Shown piece after piece: positions 37,277 to 45,124 of a stretch of 64,000 nt of DNA. The DNA is from a virus. The stretch is taken from IMG/VR virus record IMGVR_UViG_3300035703_000027, positions 57,190-121,189 of that record. One strand, 5' to 3'. The number at the start of each line of letters is the position of its first letter. The stretch's first letter is position 1. The notes below the pieces were generated by a model that saw only the letters and a list, made by a program, of their open reading frames with translations, was not told the DNA's origin and searched no databases. A program made the position numbers and the translations under genes.

Positions 37277-38305
37277 ATGTCAGAGGCAAGCATTACGGCC
37301 ACCAACCTGGCCGACGAGATCAGCACCCGCGCGGCGGCGGACAAGGCGCTCAGCGATCGGGTCACGGCGCTGGAGCAGGCGCCCGCGGGCGGCGCCAGCT
37401 TCACCCACGTGGACTTCGAGGCCGTGACGCTCGACGCCAACAACGAGCACGTGCTGGCCGCGGCGTCCAGCGGCATCGTGACGGGCAGCGTTCCCATGCT
37501 GGTGGTGGACGGCGTGGTGCAGGACGGCGTGACCGCCACCAAAACCTACGAGGTGCTGAACGACGCGGGCGGCATCAAGCGCAAGCTGCGCATGTACCCG
37601 CTCTCGCGCAGCTACTCCGTGCTGGGGGACGCCAAGCTCGCCCTGCCGCCCGGTCAGGCCACGACGGCCCTGCTGCTCGACGGCAACGGCGACTACGTGC
37701 TTTCGGCCACCGACGCGTCCCATGCACTGGGCACGGGCGACTTCACGCTGGAGTGTCGCATCTACCCGACGGGCGTCTACAACTACAACACCATCCTGAG
37801 TTCGCGCCCCGACGCGCGCTCGGACCCGAACATGTACGGGTTCGGCCTACGCGGAAACGGCGAGGTGTTTTTCTACACCAACGGCTGGATCCTGATCAGC
37901 CCGTCGAACACGATCCTGGCGAACAACTGGTACCACCTGGCCCTGACGCGCAGCGGCACCACGCTGACGCTGTGGGTCAACGGCGCGTCCGTGGCGACGG
38001 CCACGAACAACCAGAACTTCACCGAGACGCGCCTGTACATCGGGGCGCACGCCAACGGCGCGGAGGCCTACGCGGGCTACCTCCGGGACGTGCGCGTGAC
38101 CAAGGGGGTCGCGCGCTACAGCACCACCTTCACGCCGCCGGCCTCGCCCCTGGCGATCGCAGGCGACGCGCACGGCAGCAGCGTCGCGCTGCTCTCCACG
38201 TTTGCCGGCACCAACGGCAGCACGACGCTGACCTACGTCAAGGGCATCGGCGGCGTGCTGCCGGACGGCAGCAAGGCGTTCATCAGCTACCGCGCGGCCC
38301 TGTAG
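37277..38305 (+). CDS. LamG/concanavalin-A-like carbohydrate-binding fibre protein
   Basis: GDFTLEC.IY, NNWYHLAL.R.G..L.LWVNG, YIG...GYL.DVRVTKGVARY. Confidence 0.8.
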   Translation: MSEASITATNLADEISTRAAADKALSDRVTALEQAPAGGASFTHVDFEAVTLDANNEHVLAAASSGIVTGSVPMLVVDGVVQDGVTATKTYEVLNDAGGIKRKLRMYPLSRSYSVLGDAKLALPPGQATTALLLDGNGDYVLSATDASHALGTGDFTLECRIYPTGVYNYNTILSSRPDARSDPNMYGFGLRGNGEVFFYTNGWILISPSNTILANNWYHLALTRSGTTLTLWVNGASVATATNNQNFTETRLYIGAHANGAEAYAGYLRDVRVTKGVARYSTTFTPPASPLAIAGDAHGSSVALLSTFAGTNGSTTLTYVKGIGGVLPDGSKAFISYRAAL

Positions 38306-38315
38306 GTAAGGCGCC

Positions 38316-39995
38316 GTGTACTCCGTATCGCTAGGCGGCACGCTCAATCTGGCCGAGCTGCTCGCAATCCCGCTCGAAGCGGGGGCAATTTACGCGCTGG
38401 ATGACGGCGCTGGCTCTATCCTGGAAGTGGGTAGCGCCTCGGGCGTCGTCACCACGCTCGCGACGGGCACGGGCACCGTGCTCGTCCTGGATGTGACCGG
38501 GGCCATCTGGCAGCGTGTGGGAATCACGGTGCTGGCGGCAGCGGAAGCCATCGTCCGATCACAGATTGAAAGCAACGCAATCACGCTCACCATCGGGGCA
38601 GTGGCCCTACAGTCGGAGGGGAATCCCAACATGACGGATCGCGGCATTATTGGCGGTATCAGGCTGATCGACAATTCGACGCCTGATGCCAAGCTCCAGA
38701 CCATCACCACGGCTGGCAAGGTCAGCAACTCGGCCACGACGGCCACCAGCGCCAACACCGCCAGCGCCATCGTGGCACGCGACGCCGACGGCAAGTTCAC
38801 CGCGGCGATGATCAGCCTGACGGGGACCCCCACGCAGTCTGGCGATGCCGCCACGAAGGGCTACGTGGACTCGGTTGCGCTCGGCCTCGACGTGAAGGCC
38901 AGCGTGAAGGCGGCCACCACCGCCAACATCACGCTCAGCGGCACGCAGACGGTGGACGGCGTGAGCCTGATTGCCGGCGACCGCGTGCTGGTCAAGAACC
39001 AGACCAACGCCGTCCAGAACGGCGTCTACGTCGTCGCGGCCGGTTCCTGGAGCCGTGCGGCGGACTTCGACGCGGCGGACGAGGTGTCCGGCGGCGCCTT
39101 CATGTTCGTCGAGCAGGGCACCGTGAACGCCGACACCGGCTGGGTCGTCACCTCGGACGGCGCCCTGACGGTCGGCACGGATTCGATCGCCTTCACGCAG
39201 TTCTCGGGCGCGGGCTCGCTGACGGCTGGCAACGGCCTGACGCAGACCGGCACCACGTTCGATGTGGTGGCGGCCGACGGCACCATCGTGGTGAGCGCGA
39301 ACGACATCAAGGTCGGCACGATCGCCGACGCGAACGTGGCTGCCAACGCCGCGATCGCCTACTCCAAGCTCGCCCTGGCCTCGTCGATCAAGAACTCGGA
39401 CGTGGCCTCGGACGCCGCGATCGCCTACTCGAAGCTGTCCCTGTCCGGCAGCATCGTCAACGCGGACATCAGCGCCTCGGCGGCCATCGCCTACTCCAAA
39501 CTGAGCCTCACCGGCAGCATCGTCAACGCCGACGTTGCGGCGGGTGCGGCGATCGCCTACTCGAAGCTGGCCCTCACCGGCAGCATCGTGAACGCGGACA
39601 TCGCGGCCAACGCGGCGATCGAGCTGTCCAAGCTCGCCAAGTCCTCCACGGATGCGGCGACTGCGGACACCCTCGTCCTGCGCGACGCCAACGGTGCCGC
39701 CAAGTTCGCCACGCCGACCGACACCGCCCACGCGGCCAACAAGGGCTACGTGGACGGCCAGGTGGGCCGGTTCATCGCCAACGAGACGCCCACGGGCACG
39801 ATCGATGGCTCGAACGCCGCCTTCTCGCTGGCTTACGCGCCGGCGGCGGGCACCCTCCAGCTCTTCATCAACGGCCTGCTGTTGCTGGAGGGCACCCACT
39901 TCAGCGTGTCCGGCACGACCGTCACGTTCACCTCGCCCTTCCAGCCGCAGACCGGCGAGTGGCTGCGGGCCTCGTACAAGAAGAACGCCGCCTGA
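38316..39995 (+). CDS. Tail fibre protein with 22-aa repeats; probable internal start at 38631
   Basis: ATTANITLSG.QTVDGV...GDRVLVKNQ module; GGAGGG SD before ATG 38631. Confidence 0.75.
   Translation: MYSVSLGGTLNLAELLAIPLEAGAIYALDDGAGSILEVGSASGVVTTLATGTGTVLVLDVTGAIWQRVGITVLAAAEAIVRSQIESNAITLTIGAVALQSEGNPNMTDRGIIGGIRLIDNSTPDAKLQTITTAGKVSNSATTATSANTASAIVARDADGKFTAAMISLTGTPTQSGDAATKGYVDSVALGLDVKASVKAATTANITLSGTQTVDGVSLIAGDRVLVKNQTNAVQNGVYVVAAGSWSRAADFDAADEVSGGAFMFVEQGTVNADTGWVVTSDGALTVGTDSIAFTQFSGAGSLTAGNGLTQTGTTFDVVAADGTIVVSANDIKVGTIADANVAANAAIAYSKLALASSIKNSDVASDAAIAYSKLSLSGSIVNADISASAAIAYSKLSLTGSIVNADVAAGAAIAYSKLALTGSIVNADIAANAAIELSKLAKSSTDAATADTLVLRDANGAAKFATPTDTAHAANKGYVDGQVGRFIANETPTGTIDGSNAAFSLAYAPAAGTLQLFINGLLLLEGTHFSVSGTTVTFTSPFQPQTGEWLRASYKKNAA
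39318..39640 (+). repeat. About five 66-bp (22-aa) coding repeats, AAIAYSKL.L.GSIVNAD
   Basis: GCG/GCC-ATC-GCC-TAC at 39351, 39417 and onward at 66-nt period. Confidence 0.85.
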
Positions 39996-40038
39996 TAGCG
40001 GGGTTCTGACCATCGTCTAATCACGGAGGGTCTGGCAG

Positions 40039-41310
40039 GTGCCATACAACGCCAGCGGCCCCGGGGCCATCGTAGACGTTCGGCGGGTCAAACCGATCAC
40101 CGCCGAATGGATAGGAGACGCCACCGCGGGTGGGGACGCCAACCTACAGTCTTTCGCCGATGCGCGCAGGTTCCTGCGCGCAAAGGTGGCGGACATCACG
40201 GCGCGCAACACGCTTGCGTCGCCGCAGGATGGCGACCTCGTGCTGGTGTTGAACAACGGCACCGGCCAGACCCAACTCGATCGCTACTACAGCGCCACGA
40301 CCTCGTGGGCCACGGTGGCGGTCGAAGGTGGTTCTGGGGGCGGGGGCAGCTCCGCCTCGGCCTTCAAGGCGCCGGTGAGGGTCGCCACCGCGGCGGCGTT
40401 GCCGGCCAACACGCGCGCGGGAAATGTCCTATCCGCCAGCGCGAATGGTGCCCTGCCGGCGGTGGACGGCGTGAGCCTCTCGGTGGGCGATCGCCTGCTG
40501 GTGAAAAACGAGGCGACGGGCGCCAACAACGGCCTCTACACGGTGACGAGCCTCGGCAGCGCGGGCGCGACGTGGAGCCTGACCCGGGCCGCCGACGCCG
40601 ACTCCAGCGCGGAGCTGCCAGCCGGCTCCCTGGTGGTCGCGACGGAAGGCACCGTGAACGCCGACGACGTGTTCCTTCTGTCTACCGATGCGACGGTAAC
40701 ACTCAACACCTCGGCCCTGACGTGGGTCCGGGCCGCCCGCAACGCGGACACCCTCGCAGGCGCGTCAAGTGCGACGGCTGCCACGGCCTCCACGGTGGCG
40801 CTGCGAGGAGCGGATGGCACACTGCGGGCGTCCAATCACGCCAGCGTGGGCGCGGCGGCTGCGGCCGGTGCGGTGGTGGTTCTGGATGCCAGCGGCGTGA
40901 TCCCCGTCGCGGCCCTGCCGGGCAGCGCGTCCCTCAGTCGATTCATGGCCTTGGGCGACCTCGCCAGCATCGTGGCCTCCGAGTCCGGTGGCGCCATCAT
41001 CGACTACGTGTTCGTGCCCGCGGGGTTCACCATCACGGCGATCGACGTGCTGTGCCCGAGTGCACCCGGCGAGGGCAGCATCACGATCGACCTCTTGCGC
41101 TCGACGGGCACGGGGCAGGCGTTCAGCTCGCTGTACACGGGTGCGCCCAACACGAAGCCGAGCCTGACGTGCGCCGGGAACGCCTCGTTCGCGACGTTCA
41201 CGGGAACGAACCTGCCCAACACGACGACGATCGCGGCCGGCTCGGTGCTGGCGGTGAAACTGACGGCGGCGCCGCTCGGCGCCAACGACCTGTACGTGAC
41301 GATTCGGTGA
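40039..41310 (+). CDS. Tail fibre-type protein
   Basis: Second copy of the VRVAT...VDGV...GDRLLVKN...WSLTRA.DAD module. Confidence 0.7.
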   Translation: MPYNASGPGAIVDVRRVKPITAEWIGDATAGGDANLQSFADARRFLRAKVADITARNTLASPQDGDLVLVLNNGTGQTQLDRYYSATTSWATVAVEGGSGGGGSSASAFKAPVRVATAAALPANTRAGNVLSASANGALPAVDGVSLSVGDRLLVKNEATGANNGLYTVTSLGSAGATWSLTRAADADSSAELPAGSLVVATEGTVNADDVFLLSTDATVTLNTSALTWVRAARNADTLAGASSATAATASTVALRGADGTLRASNHASVGAAAAAGAVVVLDASGVIPVAALPGSASLSRFMALGDLASIVASESGGAIIDYVFVPAGFTITAIDVLCPSAPGEGSITIDLLRSTGTGQAFSSLYTGAPNTKPSLTCAGNASFATFTGTNLPNTTTIAAGSVLAVKLTAAPLGANDLYVTIR

Positions 41311-41318
41311 GGTGAGCG

Positions 41319-42140
41319 ATGCCTGTTGTAGGTAACGGTGGGTCTTGGAAGTTTGATGAGCTGAGTTCCGGGTCAGGCACCTGGACGGTTCCGAGCGGCT
41401 TGACGCAGATCAAAGTGACCCTGATCGGCGGGGGCGGCGGGGGTGGCGCGGGCGCCAACTCTCCCGGCGGCGGGGGTGGGGGCGGGGGCGGTGCGGCGGG
41501 CACCTGCCTCTGGCGGTTCCCTCTGGTGGTTACGCCTGGCGCACTGCTGCCCTATTCAATCGGCTCAGGTGGGGCCGCAGGCGGCGCTGGCGGGAACACG
41601 ACGTTCTCCACGATCACCGCGCTGGGGGGCGGTGCGGGCGGCGCCAGCCCTGGTGGCAACGGCGGAGCGGGCGGCCCCGCGGCGTTTGCTTCGGCCACAC
41701 TGGCCGGTGGAGCCGCCGGCAACAACCCCAACGGTGTCGGCGGGGTAGGCAGCCTCCGTTCAATCACGATACAAAACTTTTTTGTGGAGACAGTTTCCGG
41801 CGGCGGCGGCGGCAACGGCAACGGCGGAGGGGGCGGCAACGGCTACAACGGCGGCGGAGGGGGTGTCTCAACCTTGCAGCAGGTCCGCAGTGCTGTCGGC
41901 AGCGGCAGCGCACTTCAAGGGCACGGCACCGGGGGCGCCGGGGGCACAGGCTACGGCAGCAGCGGCGGCGGGGGGGGCGGTCAAGGCACCGGCACGGGCG
42001 GGGGCGGCGGGGGTGGCGGGGGTGCCAACGGCTGGCCTTTCGGCTCTAGCCCACCTTCCGCCAGCAGCGGCAGTCCGAACTCGCCGCGGGCCGGCGGCGC
42101 CGGCGCAGGCGGCTACATCCGCATCGAGTGGGAGGCCTAG
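41319..42140 (+). CDS. Glycine-rich fibre-associated protein
   Basis: SG.GTWTVP.G...I.V..IGGGGGG motif and long Gly runs. Confidence 0.75.
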   Translation: MPVVGNGGSWKFDELSSGSGTWTVPSGLTQIKVTLIGGGGGGGAGANSPGGGGGGGGGAAGTCLWRFPLVVTPGALLPYSIGSGGAAGGAGGNTTFSTITALGGGAGGASPGGNGGAGGPAAFASATLAGGAAGNNPNGVGGVGSLRSITIQNFFVETVSGGGGGNGNGGGGGNGYNGGGGGVSTLQQVRSAVGSGSALQGHGTGGAGGTGYGSSGGGGGGQGTGTGGGGGGGGGANGWPFGSSPPSASSGSPNSPRAGGAGAGGYIRIEWEA

Positions 42141-42142
42141 CC

Positions 42143-42523
42143 ATGTGGCTCATCCAGCAAGGCGACCAGTTTGAAGTCCGCGCCAACGCGCCCGAGCACA
42201 ACCTCCAGGACTTGCTGCGCGCGGAGTACCCCGGCGCGCGCATCCTGCGGTCCAAGAAGCGCATCATCAACGACGTGAACGCTCTGGTGTTCGCCGTCAA
42301 GTACCTGCCCGGTGAGCCCGTCGAGGTCGAGGTGCCGGTGCTCGACGAGGCCGGCCAACCCGTGCTCGACGACGACGGCAACCCCGTCGTCGAGAAGCAA
42401 GAAACGGTCGGCCCGGGCTCGACGCGTCCCGTGGGAAACGTCCAGACCCTGGAGGGTGACGAATTGGTGGTCCGCTCCCCGGCGGGTGACGAGCTGGGCC
42501 GCTGGCCGTTCGAGGTGGTGTGA
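42143..42523 (+). CDS. Hypothetical (possible fibre chaperone)
   Basis: GGAGG SD; located in the fibre cluster. Confidence 0.55.
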   Translation: MWLIQQGDQFEVRANAPEHNLQDLLRAEYPGARILRSKKRIINDVNALVFAVKYLPGEPVEVEVPVLDEAGQPVLDDDGNPVVEKQETVGPGSTRPVGNVQTLEGDELVVRSPAGDELGRWPFEVV

Positions 42524-42524
42524 G

Positions 42525-42716
42525 ATGTTCGCAGAAAGCGAAGCCAAGGAGCTGTGGAACCGGGTGGTGTACCTGGAGGCCGTCGTCCAGCGGCTGTCGG
42601 AAAACTTCAACAGCCACACGCACACCTACAACCCAAACCTGAACAGCACGTCGGCCACGACCAGCACCACCAGCGTTACGGTGGACAGCGAATTCACCCT
42701 CAACCGACTGCTCTGA
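42525..42716 (+). CDS. Small protein with coiled coil and FNSHTH motif
   Basis: Starts 1 nt after the upstream stop. Confidence 0.5.
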   Translation: MFAESEAKELWNRVVYLEAVVQRLSENFNSHTHTYNPNLNSTSATTSTTSVTVDSEFTLNRLL

Positions 42717-42739
42717 ACGGTCGCGTCACAGGAGCACCC

Positions 42740-43315
42740 GTGACCCTTTCGCTTGAGAAACCCGCCGGTACGCAGGTGCTGGACTACATCCAGGTCCACG
42801 ACATCGACCTCACCGGCCCGTTCAAGGCCGTGGAGGCCCTGTCCGAGGGCTGGCGCACTCACTCCTGGTACAACGCCGGTACGCAGAGCTTCCACAGCGA
42901 GGCGACGAAGGAGCTTGCCGTCCGCAACCTGGACGACCAGCCCGCGTTGCAGCGGGACCTCATCAACGCCACCGTGGAGGCCGTGAAGGCATACTGCGAC
43001 GCGTTGATGCCCTGGGCGCAGGTGCACCACCTCAGCCCGCCGCGCCTCAACCGCTACGAGGTCGGCACGCTCATGCGGATGCACAGCGACCACATCCACA
43101 GCATCTTCGACGGCGAGGCCAAGGGCGTGCCCGTCCTGTCCATCGTCGGCAACCTCAACGACGGCTACGAGGGCGGCGTGCTGACCGTCTGCGGCCAGCC
43201 CTACGACCTGAAAGCCAACCAGGTCATCGTGTTCCCATCGTGCTTCATGTTCCCGCACGAGGTGACGGAGGTGACAGCCGGCACCCGGTACTCGTTCGTC
43301 GCGTGGGCCTGGTAG
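42740..43315 (+). CDS. 2OG-Fe(II) oxygenase, prolyl-4-hydroxylase-like
   Basis: LNRY...HSD, LS....LN..YEGG, VFPS..FPHEV..V..G.RYS. Confidence 0.88.
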   Translation: MTLSLEKPAGTQVLDYIQVHDIDLTGPFKAVEALSEGWRTHSWYNAGTQSFHSEATKELAVRNLDDQPALQRDLINATVEAVKAYCDALMPWAQVHHLSPPRLNRYEVGTLMRMHSDHIHSIFDGEAKGVPVLSIVGNLNDGYEGGVLTVCGQPYDLKANQVIVFPSCFMFPHEVTEVTAGTRYSFVAWAW

Positions 43316-43333
43316 GCCAGACTGGAGCGCAGC

Positions 43334-43999
43334 GTGGAAATCGTCAACTTGTTCCCGACCCCGGTGGGCCGTTTCAACCTCGGGCCGCTGTCGCCCGAGG
43401 AGGACGCCTTCGTACAGGCGGTGGGACAGGTTCAGGTCAAGAACCAGGGCAACACCACCAGCCAGGAGCGAGTCATCCTGCACAGGCCCGAGATGGCGGG
43501 TCTGCGCGAGCGGATCGACGCCGCGCTGGCGGAGTACGTCCAGACCACCATCGCCCCGGTGGGCGACGTGACGTTCCTGCCCACCCAGGCGTGGCTCAAC
43601 TTCACGACGCAGGGCCAGTGGCACCATCGGCACGCGCACGCGGGCAGCCTCATCAGCGGCGTGTACTACGTGGCGGCCAGCGGTGACACCGACCGCATCA
43701 TGTTTTTCCGGGGCGGCTACAAGCGCGTGCCGTTCACGCAGGCCGAGTTCAACCCTTGGAACAGCGACTCCTGGTGGATTCCCGTCACGGCAGGGGACCT
43801 CGTGCTGTTCCCCTCGGAGCTGGAGCACATGGTGCCGCCCGTGACGACGGACAGCGTGCGCATCAGCCTGTCGTTCAACACCTGGTTCGAGGGCGCGGCC
43901 GGGTCCGTCGAGAGCTTGACGCACCTGGCCGTGAGCCTGTCCGGTCCTTACGCGGGCGGCCAACAGGTGCCACGCGATGCGGTCGCCCTCGGTGGTTAG
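43334..43999 (+). CDS. Putative 2OG-Fe(II) oxygenase, TIGR02466-like
   Basis: LFPTP, AW.N.....H..H.H...LISGVYY, G.LVLFPS.L.H.V...RISLSFN. Confidence 0.85.
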   Translation: MEIVNLFPTPVGRFNLGPLSPEEDAFVQAVGQVQVKNQGNTTSQERVILHRPEMAGLRERIDAALAEYVQTTIAPVGDVTFLPTQAWLNFTTQGQWHHRHAHAGSLISGVYYVAASGDTDRIMFFRGGYKRVPFTQAEFNPWNSDSWWIPVTAGDLVLFPSELEHMVPPVTTDSVRISLSFNTWFEGAAGSVESLTHLAVSLSGPYAGGQQVPRDAVALGG

Positions 44000-44513
44000 C
44001 CCGGCCTTTCTGGTGCGGCTGCTTGACGTTTTCAAGCGCTCCGCCTCACGCCTGGTCGCCTGGTTTTCAGGCGTCCCGCGGCGATCCGTGCCGGCGTTCA
44101 CGTCGCCGCATGCCGCCTGGGACTACCTCGCGGCCCGCTACACCTACACGGGGGATCCGGTGTACGGGGTGGTGGACTTCTACGTCCACCCCGAGGTGTT
44201 GCAGGCGGCTCTGGAGGCCGGCACGGCTGCGCGTCTGTCGGTGGACTGCGACGACGTGGCTGCGTGGGCCTACACGGCGCTGTCGGCGATGGGGGCGGAG
44301 CCCGAACTGGTGGTGCTCTATGACCGAGGCCTGCGCGGGTCGCACTGCGTCTGCGTCTACCGCTGGAATGGGCAGCCGGGGGCGATCGACACGAACGGGG
44401 TGCATGCGTTGCCGGACCTGACTGAGGCGACGCTGTGCGCGCACTGGTCCGGGCTCTATGCCCGGGTGGGCTACGTCTATACGGCCGCGGTGCCGGTGGC
44501 CTACCCGTTCTGA
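43977..44513 (+). CDS. Transglutaminase/papain-like Cys-His-Asp protein
   Basis: DCDD.A, SHCVC, IDTNG candidate catalytic triad. Confidence 0.65.
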   Translation: MRSPSVVSPAFLVRLLDVFKRSASRLVAWFSGVPRRSVPAFTSPHAAWDYLAARYTYTGDPVYGVVDFYVHPEVLQAALEAGTAARLSVDCDDVAAWAYTALSAMGAEPELVVLYDRGLRGSHCVCVYRWNGQPGAIDTNGVHALPDLTEATLCAHWSGLYARVGYVYTAAVPVAYPF

Positions 44514-44522
44514 CGCGCGCGG

Positions 44523-44563
44523 TGGCAAAGGGCGCGCAGCGGCGCGCGGGCGCCCCTTATGCT
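44523..44563 (+). promoter_or_regulatory. TGGCAA-class promoter TGGCAAA-N28-TATGCT
   Basis: Exact spacing; ATG at 44583. Confidence 0.7.
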
Positions 44564-44582
44564 GGAGGCGCGAGGTTGCCAC

Positions 44583-45116
44583 ATGCCAAACGGGCTCATC
44601 ACGGATCTGGGGAAGCGCGCCACGGCCTACATCTACGCGGAGGCGGTGACGCATGGGGCGTTCGGGCGGCCGGCCTGGCCGGACCTGTTCAGCCCGCCGG
44701 CGGAGCGCTACAGCGCCACGGCGCTGCTTGACGAGTTCGGGCGGGCGCCGGTGCGGGCGGTGCGCTACCTGATGGAGGACCCGGCCGGGACGGTGTACTA
44801 CCGGCAGCCCGACGGGGTGGTCGAGGGGCCTTATCGGTACGCGACGGTGGCCGAGGAAGCGGCCGGGGCGGCCCAGGTGCCGCCGGTGGCCCCCTCGGGC
44901 TTCGTGGAGTTCGAGTTCGCGATTCCCGCCAACGCCGCGATCGGCGAGGTGGTGGGTGAGATTGCCCTGGTGATGGGCGGGGCGACGAGCGCGCCCGAGT
45001 GGGCCACGCCCGCCCAGGTGACGGCGGCGGGCGTGCCCATCTACCTCATCACGGTGCCCGCCAAGGCCATCGAGGCCAACGAGGAGATCGTGCGGCGGGT
45101 CGCCATCCGCGTGTAG
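44583..45116 (+). CDS. Baseplate/fibre attachment protein
   Basis: Precedes the large DUF4815-like gene; .GEIAL.....A pattern. Confidence 0.55.
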   Translation: MPNGLITDLGKRATAYIYAEAVTHGAFGRPAWPDLFSPPAERYSATALLDEFGRAPVRAVRYLMEDPAGTVYYRQPDGVVEGPYRYATVAEEAAGAAQVPPVAPSGFVEFEFAIPANAAIGEVVGEIALVMGGATSAPEWATPAQVTAAGVPIYLITVPAKAIEANEEIVRRVAIRV

Positions 45117-45124
45117 GAGCCACC

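Noticed and set aside
39318-39640. Repeats as a DGR template/variable pair
   Set aside because: Differences are not adenine-specific and no reverse transcriptase is in the window
41319-42140. Collagen-like fibre
   Set aside because: Gly runs are poly-Gly, not Gly-X-Y triplets
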